Source: an uncultured Gemmatimonadales bacterium (GTDB taxonomy: Bacteria > Gemmatimonadota > Gemmatimonadetes > Palauibacterales > Palauibacteraceae). Taken from it: a stretch of DNA of 64,000 bases. Numbering within the stretch: position 1 is the stretch's first letter; every line of letters begins with the position of its first letter. The notes beneath the pieces were generated by a model. The model was not told where the DNA came from. It worked only from the letters and a program-made list of their open reading frames with translations, and ran no database searches. The position numbers and the translations under genes are program-made. The stretch is taken from the NCBI GenBank assembly GCA_963783385.1, contig CAWANJ010000009.1, positions 768,001-832,000 of the forward strand, in the 5' to 3' direction. Shown here one piece after another: positions 18,033 through 29,240 of the stretch.

Positions 18033-20642
18033 TTGATCGGGCCAAGCGACGAGCGGAAGGAGCCGCGCGCCGAGCCGGAGGCCGGGCCCAAGGCCCAGCG
18101 GCGGCTCCTTCACCGCCTGCAGCCCGTCTTCGGACTTGCGCTCTTCTCCCTGGCCCTGTGGGTGCTGTACCGGGAGCTGCGTCACTACCGGCCCGGGGAC
18201 ATCGCCCGCAGCCTGGAGGCGCTGCCGTCGCTGCGCGTCATCATGGCCCTGGTGTTCACGGCCCTCAACTTCGTCCTGCTCAGCGTCTACGACTTCCTGG
18301 GAATACGATACGCCGGGAGGAAGCTGGCCTACCGGCGCGCCGCGGTGGCCTCCTTCATCGGCTTCGCGTTCAGCCAGAGCCTGGGGTTCCCCCTGCTCAC
18401 GGGCGCGCCGGCGCGCTACCGGCTGTACTCGTCGTGGGGACTGTCGGCCGTGGAGATCTCGCAGGTGATCGCGTTCTACTCGGTCACCTTCTGGCTCGGC
18501 GTCGGTATCATCGGCGGAGCCCTCCTGGTGGCCGGCCCCGGACTCCTCCCGCCTCCGCTCGGCGGCATGCTCGGCCCCGTCATCGGCGCGGTGGTGCTGC
18601 TGGTGGTCGCCGCCTACTTCGCCTGGACGGTGCGCGGGCGCCCGGTCCTGTCGGTGCGCGACTGGGAGTTCCCCCCGCCGTCGGCACGCCTGTCCGTGGC
18701 GCAGCTCCTCGTCTCCCCGCTGGACTGGTCGCTGGCCGCCGCCGTGCTGTGGGTCCTCCTGCCTGCGGGCCTCGGCCTATCGTACCCGGCGTTCCTGACC
18801 ATCTTCGTGGCGGCCCAGGTGGTGGGGCTGGTCAGCCACGTCCCCGGGGGGCTGGGCGTGTTCGAGGCCACCCTGATCCTCCTGCTCCCCGGTCACGGGC
18901 TCCACGCCTCGGTGCTGGGGGCGCTGGTGGCGTTTCGGGGCGTCTACTACCTCCTGCCCCTGCTGGTGGCGGCGGTGGTGTACGGCGGCCTCGAGCTGCG
19001 GACGCACCGGGCGTACGTCGCCCGCCTCGGGGGCATGGTGGGCCGCTGGACGCTCTCGTTGGCGCCCTACGTCCTGGCCGTCGCCACCTTCCTGGCCGGC
19101 ACGGTGCTCCTCCTGTCGGGGGCCACCCCCTCGGTCGTGGAGAGGATCGCCCGGCTCAGCCGGCTCCTCCCCCTGCCGCTGATCGAGGCCTCGCACTTCC
19201 TGGCCAGCGTGGCGGGGGCCGCGCTCCTCGTTCTCGGCTGGGGGCTGTGGCGGCGGCTCGACTCGGCCTGGCACCTCACCGTGCCCCTGCTGGTCGCCGG
19301 GATCGTGTTCTCCCTGCTCAAGGGGCTCGACTGGGAGGAAGCCAGCTTCCTGTTCGTGCTCCTGGCCGTCCTCGTTCCGGCCCGTGGCCGCTTTTACCGG
19401 GAGGGCTCGCTCCTCGGCGAGGCCTTCTCGCCCGGATGGATCGCGGCCGTCGGCATCGTCCTCCTCACATCGGTATGGTTGGGACTGTTCTCCTACCGGC
19501 ACCTGGAGTTCAGCGAGAGCCTATGGTGGCGATTCGCCCTGCGTGGCGACGCGCCCCGCTTCCTGCGCGCCACGGTGGGGGCGGTCGGCATCACCTTGAT
19601 CGTGGCCATCCTGAGGCTCGTGCGGCCGGCGAGCGCGCGACCGAGGCTACCCGACGCCGTGGAAATGGAGCGGGCCGCGGAGATCGTCGCCGCTTCGCCG
19701 GTCGCCGCCGCGAACCTGGCCTTTCTGGGGGACAAGGCGTTCCTGTTCAGCGAAACCGGAGACGCCTTCATCATGCACGGGGCCGAGGGCCGCAGCCGCG
19801 TCGCCCTCGGGGACCCGGTCGGTCCCGTGGAGCGATGGCCGGAGCTCGTGTGGCGATTTCGGGAGATGGCCGACCGCTTCGACGATTGGCCGGTGTTCTA
19901 CCAGATATCGGCCCGCCGACTGCCGCTCTACCTGGACATGGGCCTCACCCTCCTCAAGCTGGGCGAGGAGGCCCGCGTGCCGCTGGAGGACTTCTCCCTG
20001 GAGGGCGGCTCGCGGCGCGGCCTGCGGCGGACGATCGGCAAGGCGGAGAAGGAAGGCTGTTCCTTCGAGGTTCGGCCGGCGGCGGACGTTCCGGCGCTGC
20101 TCCCGGAGCTGCGCGAGGTCTCGGACGCATGGCTCGAGGGCAAGGCGACCCGGGAGAAGCGCTTCTCGATGGGACGTTTCGACGACGCGTACCTGACCCG
20201 TTTCCCGGCCGGTCTCGTCCGGCGCGAGGGACGCATCGTGGCGTTCTCGAACCTGTGGACATCGGCGGAGCGGTCCGAGATCTCGCCCGATCTCATGCGG
20301 CAGCTCCCCGACGCCCCGGCGAGCGTCATGGAGTACCTGTTCGTGGAGCTCATGCTGTGGAGCCGCGAAGAGGGCTATCGGTGGTTCGACCTGGGCATGG
20401 CGCCGCTCTCGGGCCTGGAGAATCGGCCGCTGGCTTCCGCCTGGAGCCGGATCGGCTCGCTCGTCTACCGGTTCGGCGACCATTTCTACAGCTTCCAGGG
20501 CCTCCGGCAGTACAAGGAGAAGTTCGGCCCGGTGTGGGAGCCGCGCTACCTGGCGTCCCCGGGCGGGTTCGCCCTGCCCCGGATCCTCACCAACGTCTCG
20601 AGCCTCGTGTCCGGAGGCCTGTCGGGGGCGTTCACCCGCTAG
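18033..20642 (+). CDS. mprF: Bifunctional lysylphosphatidylglycerol flippase/synthetase
   Basis: [78 protein letters not shown]; TTG start inferred. Confidence 0.93.
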   Translation: MIGPSDERKEPRAEPEAGPKAQRRLLHRLQPVFGLALFSLALWVLYRELRHYRPGDIARSLEALPSLRVIMALVFTALNFVLLSVYDFLGIRYAGRKLAYRRAAVASFIGFAFSQSLGFPLLTGAPARYRLYSSWGLSAVEISQVIAFYSVTFWLGVGIIGGALLVAGPGLLPPPLGGMLGPVIGAVVLLVVAAYFAWTVRGRPVLSVRDWEFPPPSARLSVAQLLVSPLDWSLAAAVLWVLLPAGLGLSYPAFLTIFVAAQVVGLVSHVPGGLGVFEATLILLLPGHGLHASVLGALVAFRGVYYLLPLLVAAVVYGGLELRTHRAYVARLGGMVGRWTLSLAPYVLAVATFLAGTVLLLSGATPSVVERIARLSRLLPLPLIEASHFLASVAGAALLVLGWGLWRRLDSAWHLTVPLLVAGIVFSLLKGLDWEEASFLFVLLAVLVPARGRFYREGSLLGEAFSPGWIAAVGIVLLTSVWLGLFSYRHLEFSESLWWRFALRGDAPRFLRATVGAVGITLIVAILRLVRPASARPRLPDAVEMERAAEIVAASPVAAANLAFLGDKAFLFSETGDAFIMHGAEGRSRVALGDPVGPVERWPELVWRFREMADRFDDWPVFYQISARRLPLYLDMGLTLLKLGEEARVPLEDFSLEGGSRRGLRRTIGKAEKEGCSFEVRPAADVPALLPELREVSDAWLEGKATREKRFSMGRFDDAYLTRFPAGLVRREGRIVAFSNLWTSAERSEISPDLMRQLPDAPASVMEYLFVELMLWSREEGYRWFDLGMAPLSGLENRPLASAWSRIGSLVYRFGDHFYSFQGLRQYKEKFGPVWEPRYLASPGGFALPRILTNVSSLVSGGLSGAFTR

Positions 20643-20652
20643 GCTCGCCCCG

Positions 20653-22324
20653 TCACTTCTTCAGGACGTCCAGCAGGCCGCTCCTCAGCGACTTCCACAC
20701 ATACGCGAAGAAGGTCTCGTCCGGCGCCCTCGTGTGGTCCACCTCTCCCACGCGCGGATCGTGGTCCTCCGGTTCCGGGTTCGCGTGCCACACCCGGCGG
20801 TTGAGCACCGCGGTGCCGATCCGCTCGAGGAGGTCCGGCGAGCCCTCGCCCGGGCTGGCCTTCCGGAGCGACAGCTTCCGGTACAGCGCCCACACCCGGC
20901 CGGACGCTCGCCGACCGTCCAGTCGGACGTCGAAGCCGATCGTGTCGATCGTGCCATCCGTGACGCGGATCCCCGCCAGCGGGGTGGTGGTAGAGTCCAC
21001 AGCGGAGGCCGGCATGGAGCCCACGCCTCCGGTGAGCCGCGCCGCGAGGGAGTCGGCGGAGAGATCCGCTGCCAGCTCGGCGCGCACACGTCCCTTCCCG
21101 AGGAGCTCCGCCTGCATCCGCAGCACGGCCTGCCCGGAGCCGTTTCCGGCGGCTTCGGACCGAGCCCGGCGGAGGAGCCCGGCCTTCGCGTTGGACAGCC
21201 CCATCAGGCGGGCGCCGACCCGGTCGAAGCGTACGGACCCGCGAGGCTCCCCCGCCCGGCGGCGTCTCCGCGTAGATGACGGTCGCGCCCCGCACCATGC
21301 CGGTGTCGAGCGCCAGCGGCACCCCGACGCTCTCCACCCAGTTCCTCGGCGTGCCCGCGGGCGCCGAGTCCGCGGCGGCGGGCACGCTCTTGTCGTCCCA
21401 CACGAACAACCGCGCGGAATCGACGCCGAGGTAGCCGGCCATGAAGCCGTGTTTCGCCACCAGCCGGCCGAAGTCCACGTGCCGCAGGTGCAACCCTCCC
21501 GCCGCCAGGTCGACGTAGTCGCGACGGTGGCTGAGGCGAGCCCTGAATTCGGCGGGCTCGGCGGTGGGGTGCCAGTGGAGTTCGACGAGACTCAGGACCG
21601 AATCCCGGGTCGACAGGGCGAAGCTGTCCATCTCCAGAAGGTACAGCCCGTCCCGGGTCACGTGCCGGTAGCGCGGGAGCTCCACCCGTACGTCCCGGCT
21701 GAACAGCACTCGATCGCCCCCGGCCGGGCGGCCGGGCCCCGTGCGGAGATCCTCCAGGGTCACGCTCAGCCCCGGCACCGAGTCGGCGGTCGAGCCGTCG
21801 TCCTCGGCCAGCACGAGATCCGCGTGCGTCACCCGCACCCGACCGGCCTCGAGGGTCGGGAGCGCGTTCGCCAGGCGCTCCTCGGGCGGGACCTTCGAGC
21901 CGGCCCGCGACTCGGCGCGGGTGAGCGCGTGGGTGCGGACCCGCACGCTCGCGCTGTCGATGGCGAGCCCCGACATGGACAGAGATCGCCCCCGGAGCAG
22001 CGACAGGCGGTCCAGGCCCCGCATGCGGAGTCGAGCCACACGCACGTCCGGTCCCACGCCGCCCGGCTTCGACCCCGCCGTCACGCAATGCACCCGCAGG
22101 CCGTCGACCTCCAGCGAGCCACGCAGGAGGCTGAAGCCCACCTTTAGGATCCGGACCTCGAAGTGCGGGCCCAGGCGATGGCCCAGCCGGCCGGCGACGA
22201 ATTCCGCATCCACCACGTGGTGGGCCACCAGCTCGCCAGCGATCAGCGCCGACACCGCGGCCACCAGGGCCCAGGTGAGGGGCTTGCGCCACGATTCCGA
22301 GCCACTCCGCCGCTTCATCCTCAT
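20653..22324 (-). CDS. AsmA/DUF748-like envelope protein, 1-nt frameshift at C5 run 21249-21253
   Basis: N-terminal TM anchor and beta-rich body; C-terminal ..FFAYVWKSLRSGL lies in a different frame and joins if one base is removed. Confidence 0.55.
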
Positions 22325-22449
22325 CCCGCCCGTCCCCCTTGCCAGATCCGCACCGGCACGACCACGACCCGACCGGCCTCGACGCGCACGACTCCGAGGT
22401 CCAGCGAGCGTGGACGCGATCGTCCGGGCTCGAGGACCTCCAGACGGAG

Positions 22450-23822
22450 TCAATGTCCGCCCGCCGGCACCCGGACCCGCACGAGGCGCACCCGGGCGGG
22501 GAGGAGATCGAGCCCGCGCGTGTCCGCCTGCTCGAGGAGCGCGCTGGTCACGTTCGCCGCCAGGCCGACGACCTCGCCCAGTGTCTCGTCCTTCTTGGAG
22601 ACCGTCTTCTTCACGGCCTCCACCGCCACGCGCTTGGCCACGGCCCTCACCAGGGTGCGGGCGAGGATGCCGGGAGCCTGTCGGGCGAAGTCGCTGCGCA
22701 CCGCGGCCGACACGTCGGCCACTTCGTGCTCCGTCGTGATCAGAGAGTCCGAACCGAGGTCGGGAGCCAGGACGCGGATCCGTGCGTCGGGGACGCGGCC
22801 CGCCGCGTAGGTGGGCCAGGCCACCCGCAGGAGGTAGGGGTCCCCCCCTTCCCGTGTCCCGGGGCGAGCCCGTCCGAGACCGGCGCCAGGCCCAGGGACC
22901 GACGCGCCACCGCGTCGGCCACCGTCTCGCCGTGGCGGCGGTCGGAGACATCTCCGGAGGCCGCGCTGCGCAGCGCGGTCAGCTCGCCCGGCCACAGGAG
23001 GAGCGTCAGGGAGCGCTCGACGCGGTGCGCCACGAAGCCGCGCTCCACCAGCACGACCACGGTGCCCTCCCCGTCTCCCGGCCGCGCGCCCTCGCCCACG
23101 CCGGCCGACCTCGCCTCCGCGGCCGGTCCGGGCGCGGAGTCCCCGGCCCCGGCCGAATCCCCGGCCGCTCGCCGCGCCAGTCGATAGGAGACCGCCGCCT
23201 CCCCGGGCCGGCCGGCCGCCTCGAACACGCTGCCCGCGAAGGCGTGCATGGCCGCCGCCAGGCCCCGTTCCGCGGCATCCGGGCCCTCGTCCCCGGCCAG
23301 CGCCAGCCGCTGCTCGAGCCGGCGGGCCTCGACCGCCGCGTCCTCGTCGTCGCCCGTGGCCAGGTAGTCCAGAGCCCCGTAGTAGTGGAGGAAAAGGCGG
23401 TCCACGAACGGCGGATCGTAGGCGCGCGTCCTGTCCCCGGTGAAGAAGGAGAGCAGCGTCCGGCTCAGGCTGCGCGTGTAGCGGTCCTCGGCGAGCTGGC
23501 TCGCGGCGCCGAGCGCCACCCGGCTCCGGTCCGGCTGACCCGCATAGTGCGCCAGGATCCCCTCGTACTCCATGCGCAGGAGGTCGTCGCCGGCGTCGGC
23601 CCGTTCCGGGGTCGTCAACGCCAGGGCCGAATCGACGCGACCCGCCACCAGCTGGTCGCGGACGCTCTGGTCCCACCTCGACAGGCCGGAGGGAGCACGG
23701 TCGAAGGGGCGCAGCAGGGCCGCGCACCCGGACAGGACCAGGCAGGCGAGGAGGACCGGGAGCGCCACGCCGCCCCGGGCCCTCGCGGCGCGCCGGGGGC
23801 GGGGGCCGGGCCCGCCCGTCAC
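22450..23822 (-). CDS. COG3014-type TPR lipoprotein (LpoB-cluster partner), 1-nt frameshift at C7 run 22842-22848
   Basis: Lipobox VLSGC, EDAAVEARR, VVLVERGFVAHR; C-terminal LLEQADTRGLDLLPA in the shifted frame. Confidence 0.7.
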
Positions 23823-23829
23823 GGCCGGA

Positions 23830-24670
23830 CTACGGCGTCCGCTTCTCGAGGACGATGATCCGCTCGCGCGCCCGGGCGATGGCGTCGGCCATCTTCGCCG
23901 CCGCGTCGCCGCGCGCCTCGATCTTCTCGAGCTCGAGCTGGTGCAGGAAGAGCTTGTACTGGATCAGCGCCTCGATGGGGCGGAGCTGCTTGTCGAGCAC
24001 CGTGGCGATCCGGTAGTCGATCATCGGATCGTCGGGTCGGAGCACGTCGGCCCGGTCGTAGCGATTGAGGGCGCCGTCCAGGTCGCCGCTGGCCGCCAGG
24101 TCGTCCCCCTCGCGCAGGAGCTGCTCGGCCAGGGCATCGGCCCGACCGGCCGTGGTCGCGTCCGACGGGCTTGCTGACCAGCCGCACGCCGGTGGTCTCG
24201 TCGTAGGCGTAGCCGGCCACCCGGCCCCCGTCCAGCCGCACCATGGCCACGTCGGCCACGGCGTCGGAAGGGCCGTGGTCCAGCGAGCGCGGCATCAGCA
24301 CCACCGCCGGGCCCGAGCGCCGGATGCGCCAGGCGGCCGCGTCGGTGCGCGTTGCCGCCAGCACCTGGGCTTCGGACATGCCCAGCGCCAGCTCTCCGCG
24401 CACGAGAGCGTCACACACGTCGCCGGAGCAGGTGGCCAGCGCTTCGGCCCGGATCGAGTCAGCGCTCTCCCGCTCGGCCGCCATCCGCGCGCCCGCCTCC
24501 GGATCGGCCGCCTCCCGGCCCGACGGAACCTCGACCCGGTCCCCGTTCTCCATGATCGGCTGCTCGTGGACACGGTGCGTGGCGCACCCGGCCATCCACA
24601 GGGAGAACGCCACCCCGCCGGCGAGCGCGGCACGGGCGGCCCGCGACCCGGCTCGTCGCTGCACGGCCAC
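23830..24670 (-). CDS. Lipoprotein with C-terminal TPR, 1-nt frameshift near 24167-24169
   Basis: Lipobox MAGC, LGMSEAQVLAA; TPR-like EGDDLAASGDLDGALNRYDRADVLRPDDP continues in the shifted frame. Confidence 0.6.
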
Positions 24671-24711
24671 CCTGGATCGATCGGCTCTCCACGTTCATGG
24701 CGTCCCCCGCG

Positions 24712-25359
24712 TCAGAACCCGAACCGCTTGCGCTCAATGTACTTCTTGATGCGGTGTTGGCCCGTCCACACCTTCACGTTGGACTGCACGTCGATGAGGG
24801 TGGCGTCGACCTGGTAGTACACGATCTTCTCGCCGCCCTCCTCGTCCTCGATCGACTGGATCTGCCCCTGGAGCATGTAGTTGGCACCGAGCTCCTGGGC
24901 CATGCGCGCGCGCGTGTCGGCGCGGGCGTTGTCCTGCTGGTCCTTGCGCTCCGCGCGGACCTCCTGCCGCTCCTCGGGACTGGCGACGACCCGCACCTGG
25001 CCCGAGGAGACGAACGCCCGCTCGAGGTCGTTCACGAACGTCGAGACGGGAATGTGCTCGTAGCTGTCGTTGCGGAAGCCGCCCACGATGACGGTGGGCG
25101 GATTCCCGCCATGGTCGCTGGCGTAGCGCTCGGCCCATCCGTCGCCGAGGCTCTGCTCGATGAGCGCCTTCGCCACCAGGCGCGAGTCGGTGTCGTTCCA
25201 GCTTCCCGACAGGTCCGTCACCGAGTTCGGGTCAATGCGCGACACGTGCTTGGGGGCGCACCCGGGCAGGATGCCGATCAGCCCCGCCACCGCGAGGACG
25301 GTCATTCGACCGGCGATACTCCTCCGGTCGCCCACTCGAACCCGGTCCTGTCCGACCAT
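24712..25359 (-). CDS. lpoB: Penicillin-binding protein activator LpoB family lipoprotein
   Basis: Lipobox LPGC, TDLSGSWNDTDSRLVA, ELGANYML.G.I, YYQVDATLID..KVW. Confidence 0.85.
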   Translation of the reverse strand: MVGQDRVRVGDRRSIAGRMTVLAVAGLIGILPGCAPKHVSRIDPNSVTDLSGSWNDTDSRLVAKALIEQSLGDGWAERYASDHGGNPPTVIVGGFRNDSYEHIPVSTFVNDLERAFVSSGQVRVVASPEERQEVRAERKDQQDNARADTRARMAQELGANYMLQGQIQSIEDEEGGEKIVYYQVDATLIDVQSNVKVWTGQHRIKKYIERKRFGF

Positions 25360-25417
25360 GGCTCCCCTCCCGTTACAGGTTCGACCCATCCGTAAGACGA
25401 TCGTGGCGCGCGCGATG

Positions 25418-26071
25418 TCACCGCCGCTCGATCGCGAAGTCCGCCACCCGGACGTCCAGGTGGTGGTTGATGCGAAGTCCGACGATGCCGTCCGTCCGCA
25501 TCCCGTGCCCGCGGGCGAGGCCGGCCACCCGTGTCCCGTTCACGAGGAAGTGCACCGAGTCCGCGTCGGCGCGAACCTCGAGCGTGTTCGTGGCCGTCCC
25601 GTCCGCGTCCGCCGCCCGCACGGCCTCCGACGCCTGCCAGCCGCCCAGGAGGTCGTGCGTCTCGCCGCCCGCCCGGTGCTTGACCAGGAAGCGGCCGTCG
25701 CCCCGGACCAGGAAGTAGAGATAGTCCTGGTCGGCGCCGCCCAGGTCCCGTCCTCCCACGAGGAGGCCGTAGCCCTCCGGGTGGGAAGGCGCCCGGAGCT
25801 GGGCGAAGGTCGCCCGGGCGGCGAAGGATCCCGAAGCCGAGTCGGCCGGCCGCCAGAAGATGGCCGCGATCCGGGTGGTGACGTGCGCGCCCTCGCCCGA
25901 GGGTTCGAAACGGACGCCCTGGATGGAGGCGGACGGATCGTCGAGCCTGGCGCGCCACGCGGTGGACTCGGAGGCGTCGGGGGGCACGGGGACGGCCGCG
26001 GGCTGCTGGGCCAGGACGGCGACGGGCAGCGCCGACAGGAGCCATACGGCCGAAAGGGCACGCATCAGCAT
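25418..26071 (-). CDS. Secreted hypothetical protein (concanavalin/DUF1080-like beta-sandwich)
   Basis: Signal peptide AVLA-QQ; HPEGYGL..YLYFLVRGDG..NTLEV..FLVNG..GIVGLRINHHLDV. Confidence 0.6.
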   Translation of the reverse strand: MLMRALSAVWLLSALPVAVLAQQPAAVPVPPDASESTAWRARLDDPSASIQGVRFEPSGEGAHVTTRIAAIFWRPADSASGSFAARATFAQLRAPSHPEGYGLLVGGRDLGGADQDYLYFLVRGDGRFLVKHRAGGETHDLLGGWQASEAVRAADADGTATNTLEVRADADSVHFLVNGTRVAGLARGHGMRTDGIVGLRINHHLDVRVADFAIERR

Positions 26072-26284
26072 GGAAGCCTCCGGGAGCCGCGCAGGACTGG
26101 GGCGGGACGCACGCGTCACGGTCTGGACCGCGGGCCACCGTCACCCGCACGGCGGCAAGATAACGATTCGGGACCACGATCACACGCGGCGCTGGACCGC
26201 CGGCGCTCGCGCTCCGAGATTGAGCCTTCGACCGCAGGGGAGCTCGCGGCCGCACGGCCGCTCGATCTACCGGGAGGAAGTAGC

Positions 26285-27058
26285 ATGGGCCGTCTGGAAG
26301 GCAGCACGGTGCTCGTCACGGGAGCCAGTTCGGGGATCGGAGCGGCCTGCGCGCGCCGCTTCGCGGCGTCGGGAGCCCGGCTCGTCCTGTGGGCACGGCG
26401 GGAGGACCGGCTGCGGGAGCTCGCGTCCGAGCTCGAGGAGGCGTCCGGCTCGGCAGTCCGCCTGGCCGGCGTCGACGTGCGGGACCGCGACGCGGTCGAG
26501 GCGCGCGCCGAGGGACTCGCCCGGGACGGGGTGGTGCCTAGCGTCCTCGTCAACAACGCCGGGCTGGCGGCCGGGCTGGACCTCCTCCAGGAGGGCGATC
26601 CGGAGGACTGGGACCGGATGATCGACACCAACCTCAAGGGTCTGCTGTACGTGAGCCGCGCCCTCCTACCCGCGATGCTGGAGGCCGGCCGCGGACACGT
26701 GATCAACGTGGGCAGCACGGCCGGCCACCAGGTCTATCCGCGGGGCAACGTCTACAACGCGACCAAGTTCGGCGTCGGTGCCCTGACGGAGGGCCTCAAC
26801 CTGGACCTGGCGGGTACCCCCTTGCGGGCTTCGAGCGTCGACCCGGGCTTCGTCGAAACGGAGTTCTCCGTGGTGCGCTTCCACGGGGACCGTGAGCGGG
26901 CGGACTCCGTATACGAGGGCTTCCACCCGCTGTCGCCCGACGACGTGGCGGACGCCATCCACTACGTGGCCTCGGCCCCCGAGCACGTGAACGTGTTCCA
27001 GGTCATCCTCCTCCCCGCCGCCCAGCGCAACGCCTACGTGGTGGACCGGGAGGGCTGA
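26285..27058 (+). CDS. SDR oxidoreductase (YdfG-like)
   Basis: TGASSGIG, NNAG, YNATK, DPGFVETEFSVVRF; SD GGAGG upstream. Confidence 0.92.
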   Translation: MGRLEGSTVLVTGASSGIGAACARRFAASGARLVLWARREDRLRELASELEEASGSAVRLAGVDVRDRDAVEARAEGLARDGVVPSVLVNNAGLAAGLDLLQEGDPEDWDRMIDTNLKGLLYVSRALLPAMLEAGRGHVINVGSTAGHQVYPRGNVYNATKFGVGALTEGLNLDLAGTPLRASSVDPGFVETEFSVVRFHGDRERADSVYEGFHPLSPDDVADAIHYVASAPEHVNVFQVILLPAAQRNAYVVDREG

Positions 27059-27065
27059 GCCCGAC

Positions 27066-28572
27066 CTAGTTCGCCGGCACCGTTCGGCCGCGCGCCCAGC
27101 TCCGGAGGCTCTCCACCTTCTCGGCCATCACCCGGGACAGCGGACGCGTGCGGCGCACCTCCTCCAGGACCCGCGCGGTGGTGAGCGCGCCCCCTTCCGA
27201 GAAGGACGCGTACAGTCCCGCGACGATGGCCTGCTCGAGCTCGGAGCCGCTGAAGCCCTCGGTGGCTTCGGCGAGGGCGTCCAGGTCGAACGCCTCCGGG
27301 TCCCGATCCCGCCTGGCGAGGTGAAGGGCGAGGACCGCCCGCCGCGCCTCGCGGTCGGGGAGGTCCACGAAGAAGATCTCGTCGAACCGCCCCTTGCGGA
27401 GGAGCTCCGGCGGGAGCCGGGACACGTCGTTGGCGGTCGCCACCACGAACACGTCCCCCTGGCGATCCTGGAGCCACGCGAGAAAGCTCCCCAGCACGCG
27501 CATCGAGACCCCCCCGTCCCCCTCGCCAGCGGCGGAGAACGCCTTCTCGATCTCGTCGATCCACAGGACCACCGGAGCCAGCCGCTCGGCCATTTCGGTG
27601 GCGCGCCGGAAATTGCGCTCGGTCTCACCCACGAACTTGTTGTACAGTCGCGAGGGATCGAGCTTGAGGAGCGGCAGCGTCCACGAGCCCGCCACGGCTT
27701 TGGCGCTGAGGCTCTTGCCACAGCCCGGCACCCCGAGCAGGAGGATGCCGCGCGGGGCCGGGAGCCCGAAGGACCGCGCCCGGGCGGGATCGCGGAAGAA
27801 GGCCTTTCGCTCCTCGAGCCATGCCCGGAGAGCCGCGAGGTCCGCCACCTCGTCCAGCCCGGCGCCCGAGGGCCGATACTCGAGCAGCCCGTCCCGTTCG
27901 ACCAGGTCGCGCTTCGCCTCCAGCACCTCGTCCAGGTCGTCGGCGCCGAGGCGTCCGTCCTCGACCATCACCCGCGTGAGCACCTTCTCGGCTTCGAGCA
28001 GCGTGAGGCCGTGCAGTCGCTCCAGCAGCCGCCGTCCGGTCCTGGTCGCCGAGCTCGACCCGCACCCTCCCTCGCTCCCGAAGGTCGCGCACCAGCCGGT
28101 CCAGGAGGTCGGCGTACTCGGCCACCCCGGGCTCCGGGAGCCTCAGCCGGGCGGCCAGCGCCTTCACGGACTCCGGCAGCGCCAGGTTCCCGCCGGTCAG
28201 TACGAGGGCGCCCGCCAGATCCGCGTAGGAACGGGCGGCGTCGGCCAGCCTCTGCGCGACCACGTCGTCGTCCAGGTAGGAGGCCAGGCCGCGGAAGTGG
28301 TAGATGGCCGGGAAGCCCGAGGCCTCCACGTGGGCGAGGGCCCTGGAGGGGTCGGTCGACCCGTACACGGCGCCGTCCAGCCCGTCGCGGCGGAGGCCCT
28401 TGGTACGGGTCCACGTGAACAACGGCAGCTCCAGCGCGTCGGCCAGGTGACGGAGGAGCGAGCCGGCGCGGTCTTCCTCCTCCGTCTCGAGGACCACCAG
28501 GCCGTAGCGCGCCTTGAGCAAGAGCTCCAGGTCGGCCAGCGGATGCCCGGCGCCTCCGCTCGGGCCCGTCAC
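27066..28572 (-). CDS. AAA+ ATPase (Ycf46-like), 1-nt frameshift near 28030-28040
   Basis: N-terminal ETEEEDR..WTRTKGL; GVPGCGKS, LWIDEIEK, TAND, LPPELLRKGRFDEIFFVDLP, FSGSELEQ. Confidence 0.85.
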
Positions 28573-28700
28573 GGACGCGGCCCCGGCGCGAGGTGATCCC
28601 GGGTGGAGTCCTTCTTGCACCCGGCCCCTCGCGGGAGCGGAGGGCTCACGACGCCCCTTTGCCGCGATCCGGGACTCCTGCGCAGCGCGAGGCCGCCGTC

Positions 28701-29237
28701 ATGAACCTGCATGACATCTCTCCGGGTGAACGGGCTCCCGAGGTCGTCAACGTGATCGTCGAGATTCCGCGGGGCAGCCGCAACAAGGTGGAGTACGATC
28801 CCGACCTCGAGGCCTTCCGCCTCGACCGGGTCCTGTACGCGTCGGTCTATTACCCGGGAGACTACGGCTTCATCCCGGGGACCCTCGCTCCCGACGGGGA
28901 CCCCCTCGACGTGCTCGTCCTGGTCAGCGAGCCCACGTTCCCCGGCTGCGTGCTCCCCGCCCGCCCGCTCGGCGTGCTGGAGATGCGGGACGAGAAGGGC
29001 TCCGACGAGAAGGTGCTGGCCGTGCCCGTCCGCGATCCACGCTTCCGGGAAGCGGACGACCTGGCGGACCTGCCCGGCCATCTGCTCGAGGAGGTCGAGT
29101 ATTTCTTCGACATCTACAAGGAGCTCGAGGGCAAGGAGACGGTCACCGGGGGCTGGCTGGACGCCGGGCGGGCGCGCGACATCATCGCCCGCGACATGGC
29201 CACGTACCGGGAGCGCCACGCAGGCCGCGCCGGCTAG
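28701..29237 (+). CDS. ppa: Family I inorganic pyrophosphatase
   Basis: EIPRGSRNKVEYD, YPGDYGFIPGTL..DGDPLDVLV, DEKGSDEKVLAV, FFDIYKELEGK. Confidence 0.96.
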   Translation: MNLHDISPGERAPEVVNVIVEIPRGSRNKVEYDPDLEAFRLDRVLYASVYYPGDYGFIPGTLAPDGDPLDVLVLVSEPTFPGCVLPARPLGVLEMRDEKGSDEKVLAVPVRDPRFREADDLADLPGHLLEEVEYFFDIYKELEGKETVTGGWLDAGRARDIIARDMATYRERHAGRAG

Positions 29238-29240
29238 CCG

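Noticed and set aside
16922-22147. 1741-aa ORF and many other long Arg/Gly/Pro-rich ORFs in the track
   Set aside because: Shadow or alternate-frame ORFs typical of very high GC DNA; they overlap well-supported genes and have no motifs.
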